Source: Macrostomum hystrix
Lineage: Eukaryota; Animalia; Platyhelminthes
Reading direction: 5' to 3'
DNA length: 64,000 nucleotides
Assembly (NCBI GenBank): GCA_950097015.1
Contig: CATNEN010000025.1
Location: 4,402,001-4,466,000 of the forward strand
Below the pieces are notes generated by a model. It did not search any database. It was not told the origin of the DNA and saw only the letters and a program-made list of their open reading frames with translations. Position numbers and translations under genes: made by a program. Numbering within the stretch: position 1 is the stretch's first letter; every line of letters begins with the position of its first letter. This document shows positions 34,921 to 47,438 of this stretch, piece by piece.

Positions 34921-35525
34921 CATGATTTAACCTACACTTTAGCCTCATAAACAACTTTTAAACAACATTTGAGACGCCACAGTGGTAATTAGGCAGTTTT
35001 TTAGCCGTCTATAACCCACATGAGCAACCTTGTGCTTGATGGATTCACCCCATGAATCAGATATGCAAAAATTTAAAGCTTAATTTAGTCTTAAATGATA
35101 CACCGAAAAGTGACTGCGATCATCCCTTAAAACTGCGGAACGCTACATTGTCTACTGTTGGTTTCTACTTCTATATTCGACGCAGTCGTCGGTTTCAAAT
35201 ATCAAAGTAGCGTTCTTACGCGCAAGATACTACTCATACTACAAGCCTACAGCGAATATAAATTAGAGTTAATAAGTCATACGACAAGTCAATTCGCCCT
35301 TGACGTTTTCCTCGATAACCCGTGCTACTCCATGAGCAAGCTTCCATTTTTGCTTTTGCTCCGTCAACTTTTTTGTTAAAATAATCGATTGCAAGCTCTT
35401 ATAACTGGATGTTTAGATCGTATGCTGAATACCAAGTAGACTGCGAAGAGTTCATGACATGCAAATATATGCTGGGTTGTTTAACAGAAACTTTTTTAAA
35501 ACTTGTATGAGTTTGTCGACAATTT

Positions 35526-36438
35526 TGTTACAATCGAAGTAAAAAATCGTCACTCCTTAAACAAAATTAACAAGGGTCGGCATCGAGCTTTATGTCTCCT
35601 ATTGCTGGAACAAAATTATTTCTTTCCTACATCCCGTACAGCTAGAAGAGGATCCCTGATAGTAAGGCTGGGGCAAATAGGGGAATTGTGGGGAAGAGAT
35701 GGAGGACGAGAGTCTGCAGTTTCGGAACTGGCCGCTCTCAACACGGACTCAAATCTCTTCCATCCCCTAACTCTTTCCCTCGTTTCTCGTTCCCCGGTCC
35801 CAACCTCGCATCCCAATTCAGGCCTTATCCTTCTCTCTCACGGCTCCCTCATCCTTCCTCTCCCAAACGGACGAGGCTGCGCGGCTTCCTCGCTTCAAAT
35901 TTCTGCCTCCGGCCAATCCAGGAGGCGAGGTTGGCTCCGGTTTGGATCGTACCAGGACCCCGCCTTGGCAGTTGGCAAAGGAGATGGCGAGTTGGGAGCG
36001 GGGCTGAGGGGCTGCAGATCCAGACGTTGCTCAAACACCGAGGGAGGCTGGGGATGAGGTCTCGATTGGAGAGAGTCGGTCGGTGAAACCTCCTTAAAGA
36101 AGACCATCGCAGTTTGAGAAGACCAAGTAGGAAGAGAAAGACAAGTGGATCTAAATAGGTCAATCTGTGCAAAAATATTTAGTTCGCCTGTAGATTTTAA
36201 GTTCTATAAATCGGTTGAAGTATTTGCTTCCGCAGCCGTATCGCAGCTCTTTTCATCTAGTCGATTCCTAATAACGGTAGGCTCATTTAAGCATTTTCTA
36301 ACTATTACGCTGTCATTTAAAATGCACAATGTAAAGTTAATTTCGAGTCTATGCTGACTCAATTTCAATTTTCTATGCAAATAAAATAATGTTAGAGTCG
36401 TAACTAAATCTTAAATAAAAGATCATTTAAGACTTACA
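35526..36438 (-). mobile_element. 3' LTR (~913 bp) of Gypsy element B
   Basis: Minus strand GGGGGG-TATT|TGTAAG at 36438, ending ...GTAACA at 35526; lies directly downstream of an integrase tail. Confidence 0.6.
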
Positions 36439-36443
36439 AATAC

Positions 36444-36717
36444 CCCCCAACTAGTAAGAAAAGTTACATTGTCATTAAAACGGATGCTTTTTACGGGGCG
36501 TTGTTGCACTTGCAAAACTGGGTTGACAACAGGGTTTGAATTGGCAGTCATTGAGCGCGTCTGAGGTGCAGGATCCGGTAGACAAGCCGGTTTAATGCGT
36601 TCTATCGAGACTACTTAAGGTTTGCCCTTGATCTCCAGGGTCATTGTGTCGGCGGAGCGGCGGATGACCTTGAAAGGGCCCTGACATGGTGCTTCCAATG
36701 TTTTTCTCACACCATTA
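36444..36717 (-). pseudogene. Gypsy element B integrase C-terminal (GPY/F) remnant
   Basis: Hand translation: GVRKTLEAPCQGPFKVIRRSADTMTLEIKGKP*VVSIERIKPA; one in-frame stop. Confidence 0.8.
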
Positions 36718-38063
36718 CCTCGTATAGCTGTTTGCCTGTTTACGAAATTCTACAAATCGAATTCTGCGAAACGTTTACTTAAATTATTATAATTTCATGC
36801 AGTAACATATAAATCTTTTTCTGTTTACGGTTGCCCAAAAATAAGGCGTGACAAATAAAATTTGTCACGATGGTTTTATAACCTTGTGCCTCAACTTTTA
36901 AAGCAATTTTTCGCGCCCTTATTTGCTCCGCGGCGATGTGTCACAGTATTGTTCAACCTTGTCGCATTTATTTCATTCTAATTTTCTATTTGGTTCCTCG
37001 ATTCTACTTTTATAATTGTCTTGACCATGAGTATTAGTCTTGTACTACTTATGTCTTTAGCCTGCAGGTGGTTAACCGTACTCTAACAAATCGGTGACGG
37101 TCTCAAAAGCTCAGTCTCAAACGTGAACGGGATTTGAAAAAAACCCATTACTTATGAAGAAACTGCATGCATGGCCAAGAGTGCCTTCTCCGCTTGTATT
37201 AGCCCTAGCCTCCTAGTATTCATTCGTGGGCAGGAATTGACTGTAGCCAAATTATTTTGCCCCGTCTATTTTGTTTCTCTCCTTAGCAGTCAGTGTACGC
37301 CAGCCCTTATCCGCCCTGCCCCTATCTTGCTGTGTAGTCTCTGGCAGCGCTTTGACAGGCAGGGGCCATCAGGCTTTAGCGAGAAAAAAACACGCAAAGC
37401 CAGAGTGAGTCGCTCGTTCGCCATATCCCTTCGCCATTTTCTTCTCTCCTCAGCCACTGCCTTGTCTCGCTGTCTCCATTCCCAACCGGGAATCGGGGCA
37501 ATCATTTCTAGCCTCGGGGGGAGTGGAGCCCTTGCTGACCAACAAGAAAATCTCCTATGCAGCGTGTGCTTGGGGAAACTTATGATCAGGGTCGGGCTTG
37601 GCCGGTTCTGCCGACTAAGCACGTTTCTGTTTAGACAATTCGTTTCGCTTTACCGTTTACCGCACTTCAATTCGCGGCCAACGCGACTAAAGAATTTCCT
37701 CTTCCGTGAGTATAAATCTGCTGTGAGCAGAAGTGTGGAGGGTACCGGGAGAAAATTTAGTGGAAGAAATTCAGCGCTCTAGTTTCAACTCGGCCAGTCC
37801 GTCCTGCACGCGGATCACGCGGAGAGGAAGTGCCTGGCGCAGGTGAGCAATTAAAAAAATGTGCTTTGTACTCAGATATCTGCCCCTCCTATTTCATACC
37901 ACTTAGCGTACTGAGCAAATAGTAATATATGCGAGTATTCTATAGCTTAATTATTATAAAAATTGGCCTTATGTCATCATAGGGGTCTCCTTGGAATATG
38001 GGGTCACGGTCAAATTGAAATGCACATTCGATCCGCCTTGTTTTTCAGAGTCAATCATAGAGG

Positions 38064-38444
38064 ATGGCACTGCAGCCAGGTGGATTATGCCACAATGTGT
38101 GCATCCGCTGGAGCGCAGCCAGGCTTATCTACCTGCTATCTGGCTCCTTAGTTGTCTTCGGTTTCACGGTGGAGATGATTTTCATCGGCCTGATTGTGGC
38201 GCCCTACCTGAGGGACGCTGATTTTACTCAGGCCACCTGTCGATTTAACTCCAGCCGTTACACGGGCTTCACCGACTGCCAGGACGTTAATCGGAAGCCA
38301 AACAACATATTTCCATGCCTGGAGGTGCTGGTAAATTTCAGTCCTGACAACCGCAGCTCACCAGGCCGCCTGCCTATCGAAGGCGGAATGGCCACAATCT
38401 ACACGGTGCTGTCCTACTATGAGGACTCGTCTAGCACGTCGAAG
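38064..38444 (+). CDS. BK-channel beta-subunit-like (KCNMB/CaKB family) gene 1, exon 1
   Basis: TM1, then PYLRDADFTQATC...FPCLEVLVN (compare KCNMB P-Y..W/F...C and PCL.V.V). Donor AAG|GTGAGC. An upstream non-coding exon is suggested by donor 37843 and acceptor 38047. Confidence 0.75.
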
Positions 38445-38786
38445 GTGAGCTGTTAAAACTCAGAGTCTAGCATGTCGGTAGCTCCGAGCAGACTGACTAC
38501 CTCTGCCGCGGGAGTCCAAGCGTGAATGCTTATCACCTAGTCATAGACACAACTTTTCACTCCTAATTTGACCCGCAAGTGACGCAAATACATTGCGTCG
38601 TGAGGTAGGAGAAGAGATATGAATGAATGAGAATAGTCAATCGCATTAATTAGCCACTGTTTATTAAATAGTAGTAAGACTAGTATATTCTTAAGATAAG
38701 GCAGCGAAGAAAGTAGTTAAATTTTGCCAGGCAGAAAATTTGGTTTGAAAATTGTAAGCGAAGTCTGGAGAAGAACTTTGTAGATG

Positions 38787-39150
38787 ATAATAATAATAAT
38801 AATAGTTGCAAGGAAGGCTGCAGCAATGGCACATCATTTGGTGACACTAGACCCGCAGCCAGTGAGGAGACAATTTTGCCCATTCCGCTGACTCCTGAGC
38901 ACACGCGCACACCGATACTGTACGCAGGCACACGCTCACACAGGTGTGTACATCTGCACTGACTTTCTCATCGTCAGGCAGTGTACACTTCACTGTGCCT
39001 TGAAGGGTGGCCCTCAAGGGGGTAAATCGCACGACAAGCCTCCAAGCCATAGCTGCGCCCCAAATAAATGTGGCCTCGCCGCGGAATCGAGCTCAGGGAT
39101 CTTGGTGCGAGAGGCAAACGCGTTAACCGCTCTGCCACTCACCCCCCCCC
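38787..39150 (-). mobile_element. SINE-A, full length, in the intron of KCNMB-like gene 1
   Basis: Reverse complement of the SINE-A consensus, from gggggtgagtggcagagcggttaacg to the (att)n tail. Confidence 0.9.
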
Positions 39151-39455
39151 AACTGTGTAGTAGACAAGATAGGCTATCAAACTAGCATCCAGAGAGGCGG
39201 CTGAACCTGTTATCGGACAAAACATTTTTGCAATTGTGCCATCATGTGAATTCGTATTTTCCCTTTGCACGCCTGAGCCCTCTAACAGTAAAAATAATGT
39301 TCCTGTCCTGGCAAAGAAAGAGAAAAGTGAGAAACTAAATATTCTCCCTCGGTTGTTGGAAATTGGGACTTTTGCTGAACACAGTCTCGTAAATAAGGTA
39401 TAAAAGTTATAAGTTTCGATGAAAATCAATCCCAGATCTGCAATCGTGCTTGCAG

Positions 39456-39737
39456 TGCAGCTCCCGAATCTGCTACCGCGACAGCCAGATGAATGTCAGG
39501 CAGGTAGCCAACCTGAATGTCACACTGTACAATGGCAACTCCAGCTATACCTGCTTCGTGCGCCAAGAGTGGGGCACAAACACCTTTGTTGCACTGCGCA
39601 CGAGAGAAATTAGCGAGCCGAAGGTGTTCCACTGCCTGCTGTGGCCGACGCTGGCATTCGGCCTCGGCGGGCTAATCTTCTGGAGCACCTACTGCTGCCT
39701 GGGCTGCAAGGTCTGGCCAACCCAGGTGTCTCTATGA
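39456..39737 (+). CDS. KCNMB-like gene 1, exon 2
   Basis: cttgcag|CSSRICYRDSQMNVRQV...YTCF...FHCLLWP + TM2 + YCCLGCKVW; phase 0. Confidence 0.75.
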   Translation, partial: CSSRICYRDSQMNVRQVANLNVTLYNGNSSYTCFVRQEWGTNTFVALRTREISEPKVFHCLLWPTLAFGLGGLIFWSTYCCLGCKVWPTQVSL

Positions 39738-40035
39738 GCGCGGTGCTGACACTTGTATTGTTTATATAAATAAATTGAAGCATGTTGGACACGTCCCAAA
39801 TTACGCAGCCCTAAATTATTGACCTCTGTCAGTTTTGTTATATTTTCTAATTATACTATCTCCATCCTTTGTATTTTCCTAGCAATAAACCTTATTTTCT
39901 GCTATCCCTGTGTCACTGTTAAAAGCCCGATAATGTGTGCCTATTGTACTATTGGTACCAATGTGGTATCATTGCTGACTGAACCCATATTTCATTGCGC
40001 TTTGTCAACCTGTCAGATTCTGGCATCACAGACTT

Positions 40036-41807
40036 GCTTATTTCCTAGCTTACAGGGGCGCAACTGTTGGGCTCATGCTTATTTCCTAGCTTACAGGGGC
40101 GCAACTGTTGGGCTCATGCTTATTTCCTAGCTTACAGGGGCGCAACTGTTGTGCTCATGCTTATTTCCTAGCTTACAGAGGCGCAACTGTTGGGCTCATG
40201 CTTATTTCCTAGCTTAAAGAGGCGCAACTGTTGGGCTCATGCTTATTTCCTAGCTTACAGGGGCGCAACTGTTGGGCTCATGCTTATTTCCTAGCTTACA
40301 GAGGGCGCAACTGTTGGGCTCATGCTTATTTCCTAGCTTACAGAGGCGCAACTGTTGGGCTCATGCTTATTTCCTAGCTTACAGAGGCGCAACTGTTGGG
40401 CTCATGCTTATTTCCTAGCTTACAGGGGCGCAACAGTTGGGCTCATGCTTATTTCCTAGCTTACAGAGGCGCAACTGTTGGGCTCATGCTTATTTCCTAG
40501 CTTACAGAGGCGCAACTGTTGGGCTCATGCTTATTTCCTAGCTTACAGGGGCGCAACTGTTGGGCTCATGCTTATTTCCTAGCTTACAGGGGCGCAACTG
40601 TTGGGCTCATGCTTATTTCCTAGCTTACAGGGGCGCAACTGTTGGGCTCATGCTTATTTCCTAGCTTACAGGGGCGCAACAGTTAGGCTCATGCTTATTT
40701 CCTAGCTTACAGGGGCGCAACTGTTGTGCTCATGCTTATTTCCTAGCTTACAGAGGCGCAACTGTTGGGCTCATGCTTATTTCCTAGCTTACAGGGGCGC
40801 AACTGTTGGGCTCATGCTTATTTCCTAGCTTACAGGGGCGCAACTGTTGGGCTCATGCTTATTTCCTAGCTTACAGGGGCGCAACAGTTGGGCTCATGCT
40901 TATTTCCTAGCTTACAGGGGCGCAACTGTTGGGCTCATGCTTATTTCCTAGCTTACAGGGGCGCAACTGTTGGGCTCATGCTTATTTCCTAGCTTACAGG
41001 GGCGCAACAGTTGGGCTCATGCTTATTTCCTAGCTTACAGAGGCGCAACTGTTGGGCTCATGCTTATTTCCTAGCTTACAGGGGCGCAACTGTTGGGCTC
41101 ATGCTTATTTCCTAGCTTACAGGGGCGCAACTGTTGGGCTCATGCTTATTTCCTAGCTTACAGGGGCGCAACTGTTGGGCTCATGCTTATTTCCTAGCTT
41201 ACAGGGGCGCAACAGTTGGGCTCATGCTTATTTCCTAGCTTACAGGGGCGCAACTGTTGGGCTCATGCTTATTTCCTAGCTTACAGGGGCGCAACTGTTG
41301 GGCTCATGCTTATTTCCTAGCTTACAGGGGCGCAACTGTTGGGTTCATGCTTATTTCCTAGCTTACAGGGGCGCAACTGTTGGGTTCATGCTTATTTCCT
41401 AGCTTACAGGGGCGCAACTGTTGGGCTCATGCTTATTTCCTAGCTTACAGGGGCGCAACTGTTGGGCTCATGCTTATTTCCTAGCTTACAGGGGCGCAAC
41501 TGTTGGGCTCATGCTTATTTCCTAGCTTACAGGGGCGCAACAGTTGGGCTCATGCTTATTTCCTAGCTTACAGGGGCGCAACAGTTGGGCTCATGCTTAT
41601 TTCCTAGCTTACAGAGGCGCAACTGTTGGGCTCATGCTTATTTCCTAGCTTACAGAGGCGCAACTGTTGGGCTCATGCTTATTTCCTAGCTTACAGGGGC
41701 GCAACTGTTGGGCTCATGCTTATTTCCTAGCTTACAGGGGCGCAACTGTTGGGCTCATGCTTATTTCCTAGCTTACAGAGGCGCAACTGTTGGGCTCATG
41801 CTTATTT
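40036..41807. repeat. 41-bp tandem array, ~43 copies
   Basis: Unit gcttatttcctagcttacag(g/a)ggcgcaactgttgggctcat; atttcctagc recurs at 40081 and 40122. Confidence 0.97.
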
Positions 41808-42400
41808 AGGTGCGGCTGGGCGGAGAGAAGCCTGAGCCGATCTGCAAGTGAATACTGGTTTCGGAGGTCCCCCAAAAGTCTGAGGCCAAATTTATGGCAT
41901 CAAAATAGTAGCTATGTCTTAGTTATCAAGCCCGTGTCTAGTTTTTAACATTCATTTGTTAGTTACTGTCGTTAAAAAAAGTTTTTGCACTTTTGCCACG
42001 AATTTTTTTCAGATAGCAACGGTGGCTTCAGTGGGGCGCTCTCAGCAAAGCCGCTATTTTAGCTCAGGCTTCCTGTGTCTCTGTTCTGACAAAAAGCATT
42101 CAAGGAATGGCAAAGGATAGAGAGGGATTCAGTCAAGACTGCCGAGCTAATTAATTAGATTCTCCCCAGCCTGACTTCCATTCCAGCTGACTAGGCAATC
42201 ACTTCACTCATTTCCTTTTGGACGATTTTGTGCCTAAAAATAGCGTTCACGGTGGGATTTTGCTGCACTGGGATTCCGTTTCATTTTTTGTCCACTAAAT
42301 TATCCTTTTCGTTGCTGCTTTCTCAAGGCGCTCGTTTTCTGTAACCTCTGCCACCAGGGAAGCCGTACATAGTGCACATATAGTTAGTAGAACGATTCAA

Positions 42401-42760
42401 GGGGTGAGTGGCAGAGCGGTTAACGCGATTGCCTCTCGCACCAAGGTCCATGAGCTCGATTCCGTGGCGAGGCCACATTCATTTGGGGCGCAGCCATGGT
42501 TTGGGGCTCTTGTCATGCAATTTTCACCCTTGAGGGCCACCCTCCGAGGCACTGCAGTGCGAGTGTACACTGCCTGACGATGAGAAAGTCAGTGCAGATG
42601 TACACACCTGTGTAAGCTTGTGCCTGCGTACAGTATCTGAGTGTGTGTGTGCTCATGAGTCAGCGGAGTGGCAGAATTGCATCCTAGCTGGCTGCGGGTC
42701 TGGTGTCACCAAATGGTGTGCCATTGCCTGCACAGCCCTCCTTGAACTATCATTATTGAT
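42401..42760 (+). mobile_element. SINE-A, full length
   Basis: A-box-like TGGCAGAGCGG, B-box-like GAGCTCGATTCC, conserved body, degenerate (att)n tail. Confidence 0.9.
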
Positions 42761-43823
42761 TTTTTATATTCGGTTCATTTTTACTGCCTGGCCCCTTCTG
42801 AGGCGAGAAGTATTCAGCGAAATATTCCGTCGTATCGAGGTCTCATTGACGCCTGACAGGGTTTTGAACAGGAAGAATTGAAATATCTGCTTTGTGCTCA
42901 GCAGAACCTATGCTATTGAGAATTGCAGCCTTTTTGTGAGTTCGCAATCAGAATCCAAGCTGTGTGTAAAACTATTATTAACCGTTTAGTGCACAAGTAC
43001 ACACTAAAGAGACCCTCTGAGGCCTGGGAATGGAATTGGTTAGGGGTGCTAGTTTAAAATCCTTTTTTATTGCCGACGTGTTCGGAGTGAGGGCTAACAC
43101 AACGAATTGGCTCAACAACTACTTATGATTTCCTATTTTCTAAAATGAGGATCGGTGGGAATAAAGAGATAGGAGAAAAGTGGGCCTCTTTCCGATCTGA
43201 TTTCGCCATTACGAGAGAATACCGTAAAGTCCATCATAGATCATAAATTATGCTTGAGAATAATAAGCTTAAATGAGCACACTTTTTGTGTCTCATAAAC
43301 TATTGTGACAGAATATTATGTAGCTTTCTAAAATATTTTTCGCATTCCGACCCAATTCCCGCAAAAGTGCAAACTCGAGCTCTTTAGATTTTATTTTTCG
43401 AAATTCTTACTTTCCCTGCTGAATCTCCGATCAGATCCAAGACATGGAAGCTTTTCTGTTGCTTAAAAATCTTTATTCTCTACTTCTATTAGTAGTATAT
43501 CAAAATTTCTATTAAAAAATATATATTGCTGTCCAACTTTGAACTCTTCATTAGTGCCGTTGCTGCTCTACAAACATTTTTACATTCTTGTCCTCGAAGA
43601 ATTACTGCAAATCATATGATTGTGCTGTGATCTAGTGTAGTGTAGTGTAGGGCAATTTAAACTGTTAGTTGACAAAAATTTGGAAACAGAATGCCACTAC
43701 TTGTACAATCGTATCATTCTTCATTCTTTTCGATTGAATCGAAGTTGAAAGCTGACGATGTACTCAATCTAAAACAAATCCGGCATTCAAAGCTACCAAA
43801 TAAAATTGCCGCCAACAGCCGAC

Positions 43824-45779
43824 CTGTCTCATCTCTCCCGTGTCATTTCTCCCCTGTCTCATCTCTCCCGTGTCATTTCTCCCCTGTCTCATCTCTCCCG
43901 TGTCATTTCTCCCCTGTCTCATCTCTCCCGTGTCATTTCTCCCCTGTCTCATCTCTCCCGTGTCATTTCTCCCCTGTCTCATCTCTCCCGTGTCATTTCT
44001 CCCCTGTCTCATCTCTCCCGTGTCTCATCTCTTCCCTGTCTCATCTCTCCCGTGTCATTTCTCCCCTGTCTCATCTCTCCCGTGTCATTTCTCCCCTGTC
44101 TCATCTCTCCCGTGTCTCATCTCTTCCCTGTCTCATCTCTCCCGTGTCATTTCTCCCCTGTCTCATCTCTCCCGTGTCTCATCTCTTCCCTGTCTCATCT
44201 CTCCCGTGTCATTTCTCCCCTGTCTCATCTCTCCCGTGTCATTTCTCCCCTGTCTCATCTCTCCCGTGTCATTTCTCCCCTGTCTCATCTCTCCCGTGTC
44301 ATTTCCCCCCTGTCTCATCTCTCCCGTGTCATTTCCCCCCTGTCTCATCTCTCCCGTGTCATTTCTCCCCTGTCTCATCTCTCCCGTGTCATTTCTCCCC
44401 TGTCTCATCTCTCCCGTGTCATTTCCCCCCTGTCTCATCTCTCCCGTGTCATTTCTCCCCTGTCTCATCTCTCCCCTGTCTCATCTCTCCCGTGTCATTT
44501 CTCCCCTGTCTCATCTCTCCCGTGTCATTTCCCCCCTGTCTCATCTCTCCCGTGTCATTTCCCCCCTGTCTCATCTCTCCCGTGTCATTTCCCCCCTGTC
44601 TCATCTCTCCCGTGTCATTTCCCCCCTGTCTCATCTCTCCCGTGTCATTTCTCCCCTGTCTCATCTCTCCCGTGTCATTTCTCCCCTGTCTCATCTCTCC
44701 CGTGTCATTTCCCCCCTGTCTCATCTCTCCCGTGTCATTTCTCCCCTGTCTCATCTCTCCCCTGTCTCATCTCTCCCGTGTCATTTCTCCCCTGTCTCAT
44801 CTCTCCCGTGTCATTTCTCCCCTGTCTCATCTCTCCCGTGTCATTTCCCCCCTGTCTCATCTCTCCCGTGTCATTTCTCCCCTGTCTCATCTCTCCCGTG
44901 TCATTTCTCCCCTGTCTCATCTCTCCCGTGTCATTTCTCCCCTGTCTCATCTCTCCCGTGTCATTTCTCCCCTGTCTCATCTCTCCCGTGTCATTTCTCC
45001 CCTGTCTCATCTCTCCCGTGTCATTTCTCCCCTGTCTCATCTCTCCCGTGTCATTTCCCCCCTGTCTCATCTCTCCCGTGTCATTTCTCCCCTGTCTCAT
45101 CTCTCCCGTGTCATTTCTCCCCTGTCTCATCTCTCCCGTGTCATTTCTCCCCTGTCTCATCTCTCCCGTGTCATTTCTCCCCTGTCTCATCTCTCCCGTG
45201 TCATTTCCCCCATGTCTCATCTCTCCCGTGTCATTTCTCCCCTGTCTCATCTCTCCCCTGTCTCATCTCTCCCCTGTGTCATCTCTCCCGTATCTCATCT
45301 CTTCCCTGTCTCATCTCTCCCGTGTCTCATCTCTCCCCTGTCTCATCTCTCCCGTCTTATCTCTCCTGTGTCTCATCTCTCCCCTGTCTCGTCTCTCCCC
45401 TGTGTCATCTCTCCCCTGTGTCATCTCTCCAGTGTCTCATCTCTCCAGTGTCTCATCTCTCCAGTGTCTCATCTCTCCAGTGTCTCATCTCTCCAGTGTC
45501 TCATCTCTCCAGTGTCTCATCTCTCCAGTGTCTCATCTCTTCCCTGTGTCATCTCTCCAGTGTCTCATCTCTCCAGTGTCTCATCTCTCCAGTGTCTCAT
45601 CTCTCCCGTGTCTCATCTCTCCCCTGTCTCATCTCTCCCGTCTTATCTCTCCTGTGTCTCATCTCTCCAGTGTCTCATCTCTCCAGTGTCTCATCTCTCC
45701 CCTGTGTCATCTCTCCAGTGTCTCATCTCTCCAGTGTCTCATCTCTCCCCTGTCTCATCTGTCCCCTGTCTCGTCTCTC
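43824..45779. repeat. CT-rich minisatellite: 30-bp unit (two ~15-bp halves) grading into a 16-bp unit
   Basis: tgtctcatctctcccgtgtcatttctcccc repeated, then tgtctcatctctccag repeated from ~45420. Confidence 0.97.
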
Positions 45780-45991
45780 AGCAGTCAATCCGGCTCTTTG
45801 TCTTATTTCGGACTCCCAATTTGGCAGGCAAGTTTTGCAAGTTTGCCGACCCCTCATCTAAGGGCTGATTAGGTCGGCATCAAAAGCCAACTGCCATCAG
45901 CTACGTGCCATATGTGAACTATTATCATTAAATCAAAACCGATTGAAATCCTGCCAGAGCCAGAGCCACACGCCGGCAGTTAAAACTCCAC

Positions 45992-46327
45992 ATGGCGCTG
46001 AAGCGTTGCGATCGCCTCTGCAACGCTCACGGCCTGGCTAAGCTGGTATTTCTGGCCTGCATCACACTCATTACCTGCGGCGTCATTGTTGGCACCATCT
46101 TAGTGCCGCTTATCATACTGCCCTACAGCCGGGAGAGCCAGTTCCTCGATGCCAACTGCACCTACGTGTCCGAGCGGCTCATTGCTAAGCTGCCCTGCGA
46201 GAGCAAATGCAGCAAGGATAAGAGCAGCTTCCCCTGCTATAGCATACTGGTCAGCATTAGCGAGGTCAACCGGACCGGGATGCTGTACGAGAACTTCATC
46301 ACATTCTCTGATCGACACGAGGATCAG
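45992..46327 (+). CDS. KCNMB-like gene 2, exon 1
   Basis: TM1, then PYSRESQFLDANC...KCSKDKSSFPCYSILVS...MLYEN. Donor CAG|GTTTGA, phase 0. Confidence 0.8.
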
Positions 46328-46881
46328 GTTTGAGTTTTCTGTTCAAAATCATTGAACTAATCGGTTCAGTGGCATCCTAGAGTATCTTTCGGGCTCGGCC
46401 ATAGACAGTTAACAGTAGAAAGATCATCATGAAATTATGTGAGCAGAAAAAATGGGCCGATTGGTTGAATATTTTGGGAGATACAGAGAAAAATGCGGGT
46501 ATTTGAAATACCCAGTGGTCATTCTAAGTCTGTTAAGCAACAAGAAGCGGCATAGCAGTCACGATTGCTTTCGCAAGTCTCGTCTTAGATGATCTTGACC
46601 ATAGACTATATACATAAGTCTAACAAAAGGGAGCATTTAAGAACTCGGGATCTCTCGTTGGCCAAAATGATTTGGTTATTTTTTCGTCGGAATGATGTCT
46701 ATGGTCTATGGTAAAAACCATCTATGAGACGCAGGCGAAGAAACTTGCAGTTTGCTCTTACAATGCCGCCATTGAACAAATCGGTTTGCGAGCTTTGATT
46801 GTCTATGGCACAAGTCTAAGCATGGCTTTGAATGACTTTGGTAATGACTTTGTGCCTGTTATGCTTATGCCTTAATTAAAA

Positions 46882-47278
46882 AGGGCGGATAGCTCAGTCA
46901 GCAAGGTGTCGGACTCTGGATCAGATGGTCCTGGGTTCGACTCCCGACCTAGTCTAGAACTATTCGTGCAGCCTTTGGCAAGCTGCTTTGCCCTGATGTG
47001 CACACAGTCTACTCAGCTGCAAATGAGTACCGACATTTCGTCGGGTAATAATAATTCCGGCTGGCGTGGAATAAAGCAGTTCTGTGCGGCAATTCTGTAG
47101 GGTTTGGATGCTGCCGATATGTTTGGAAAAATAAATTCCATTGCTGACACGCGGCTGTCAACCGGTGTCCGAGAGAGCCGGGGAGTACCATAGGTGTGCA
47201 GTCCCCACCTGCTAGTGTGCCTGACACAACACCTGCACTGGCCCTTGGGTCTAGTGTCAATTATTATTATTATTATTA
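46882..47278 (+). mobile_element. SINE-C (tRNA-derived head, central ggcaagctgct...cagctgcaaatgagtacc domain, (ATT)n tail)
   Basis: GGGCGGATAGCTCAG (A box) ... GGGTTCGACTCCC (B box), then a body ending in (att)6. Confidence 0.75.
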
Positions 47279-47400
47279 AGGGCTGGGTGTGGCATCCCAC
47301 AGTCCATGGACTGAACAGCCGTTCGCAGCCTTCAGATGCGCCGCGCAATAGCTGCGTCTGTGCTGTAGGCTGTACACCAATTGGCCGAGTTATAATTTGT
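47279..47400 (+). mobile_element. SINE-B 3' fragment
   Basis: gggtgtggc...cagtccatggactgaacag...gcgccgcgcaatagctgcg matches 19750-19850. Confidence 0.75.
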
Positions 47401-47438
47401 ATCCATATCAAGAGTTCTTGTTTGTCCCGCGCGTGCAG

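Noticed and set aside
35503-36172. Several overlapping ORFs of 66-184 aa
   Set aside because: They fall within the inferred Gypsy B LTR and show no protein motifs.
40036-41807. CRISPR-like array (41-bp repeat)
   Set aside because: No spacers; it is a plain tandem satellite.
43691-45872. Long ORFs (673-725 aa) in three frames
   Set aside because: Translations of a stop-free CT-rich minisatellite.
46882-46955. tRNA gene (also 54765-54830 and 19608-19670)
   Set aside because: Acceptor stems do not pair properly, and each continues into a repeated SINE body with a tail.
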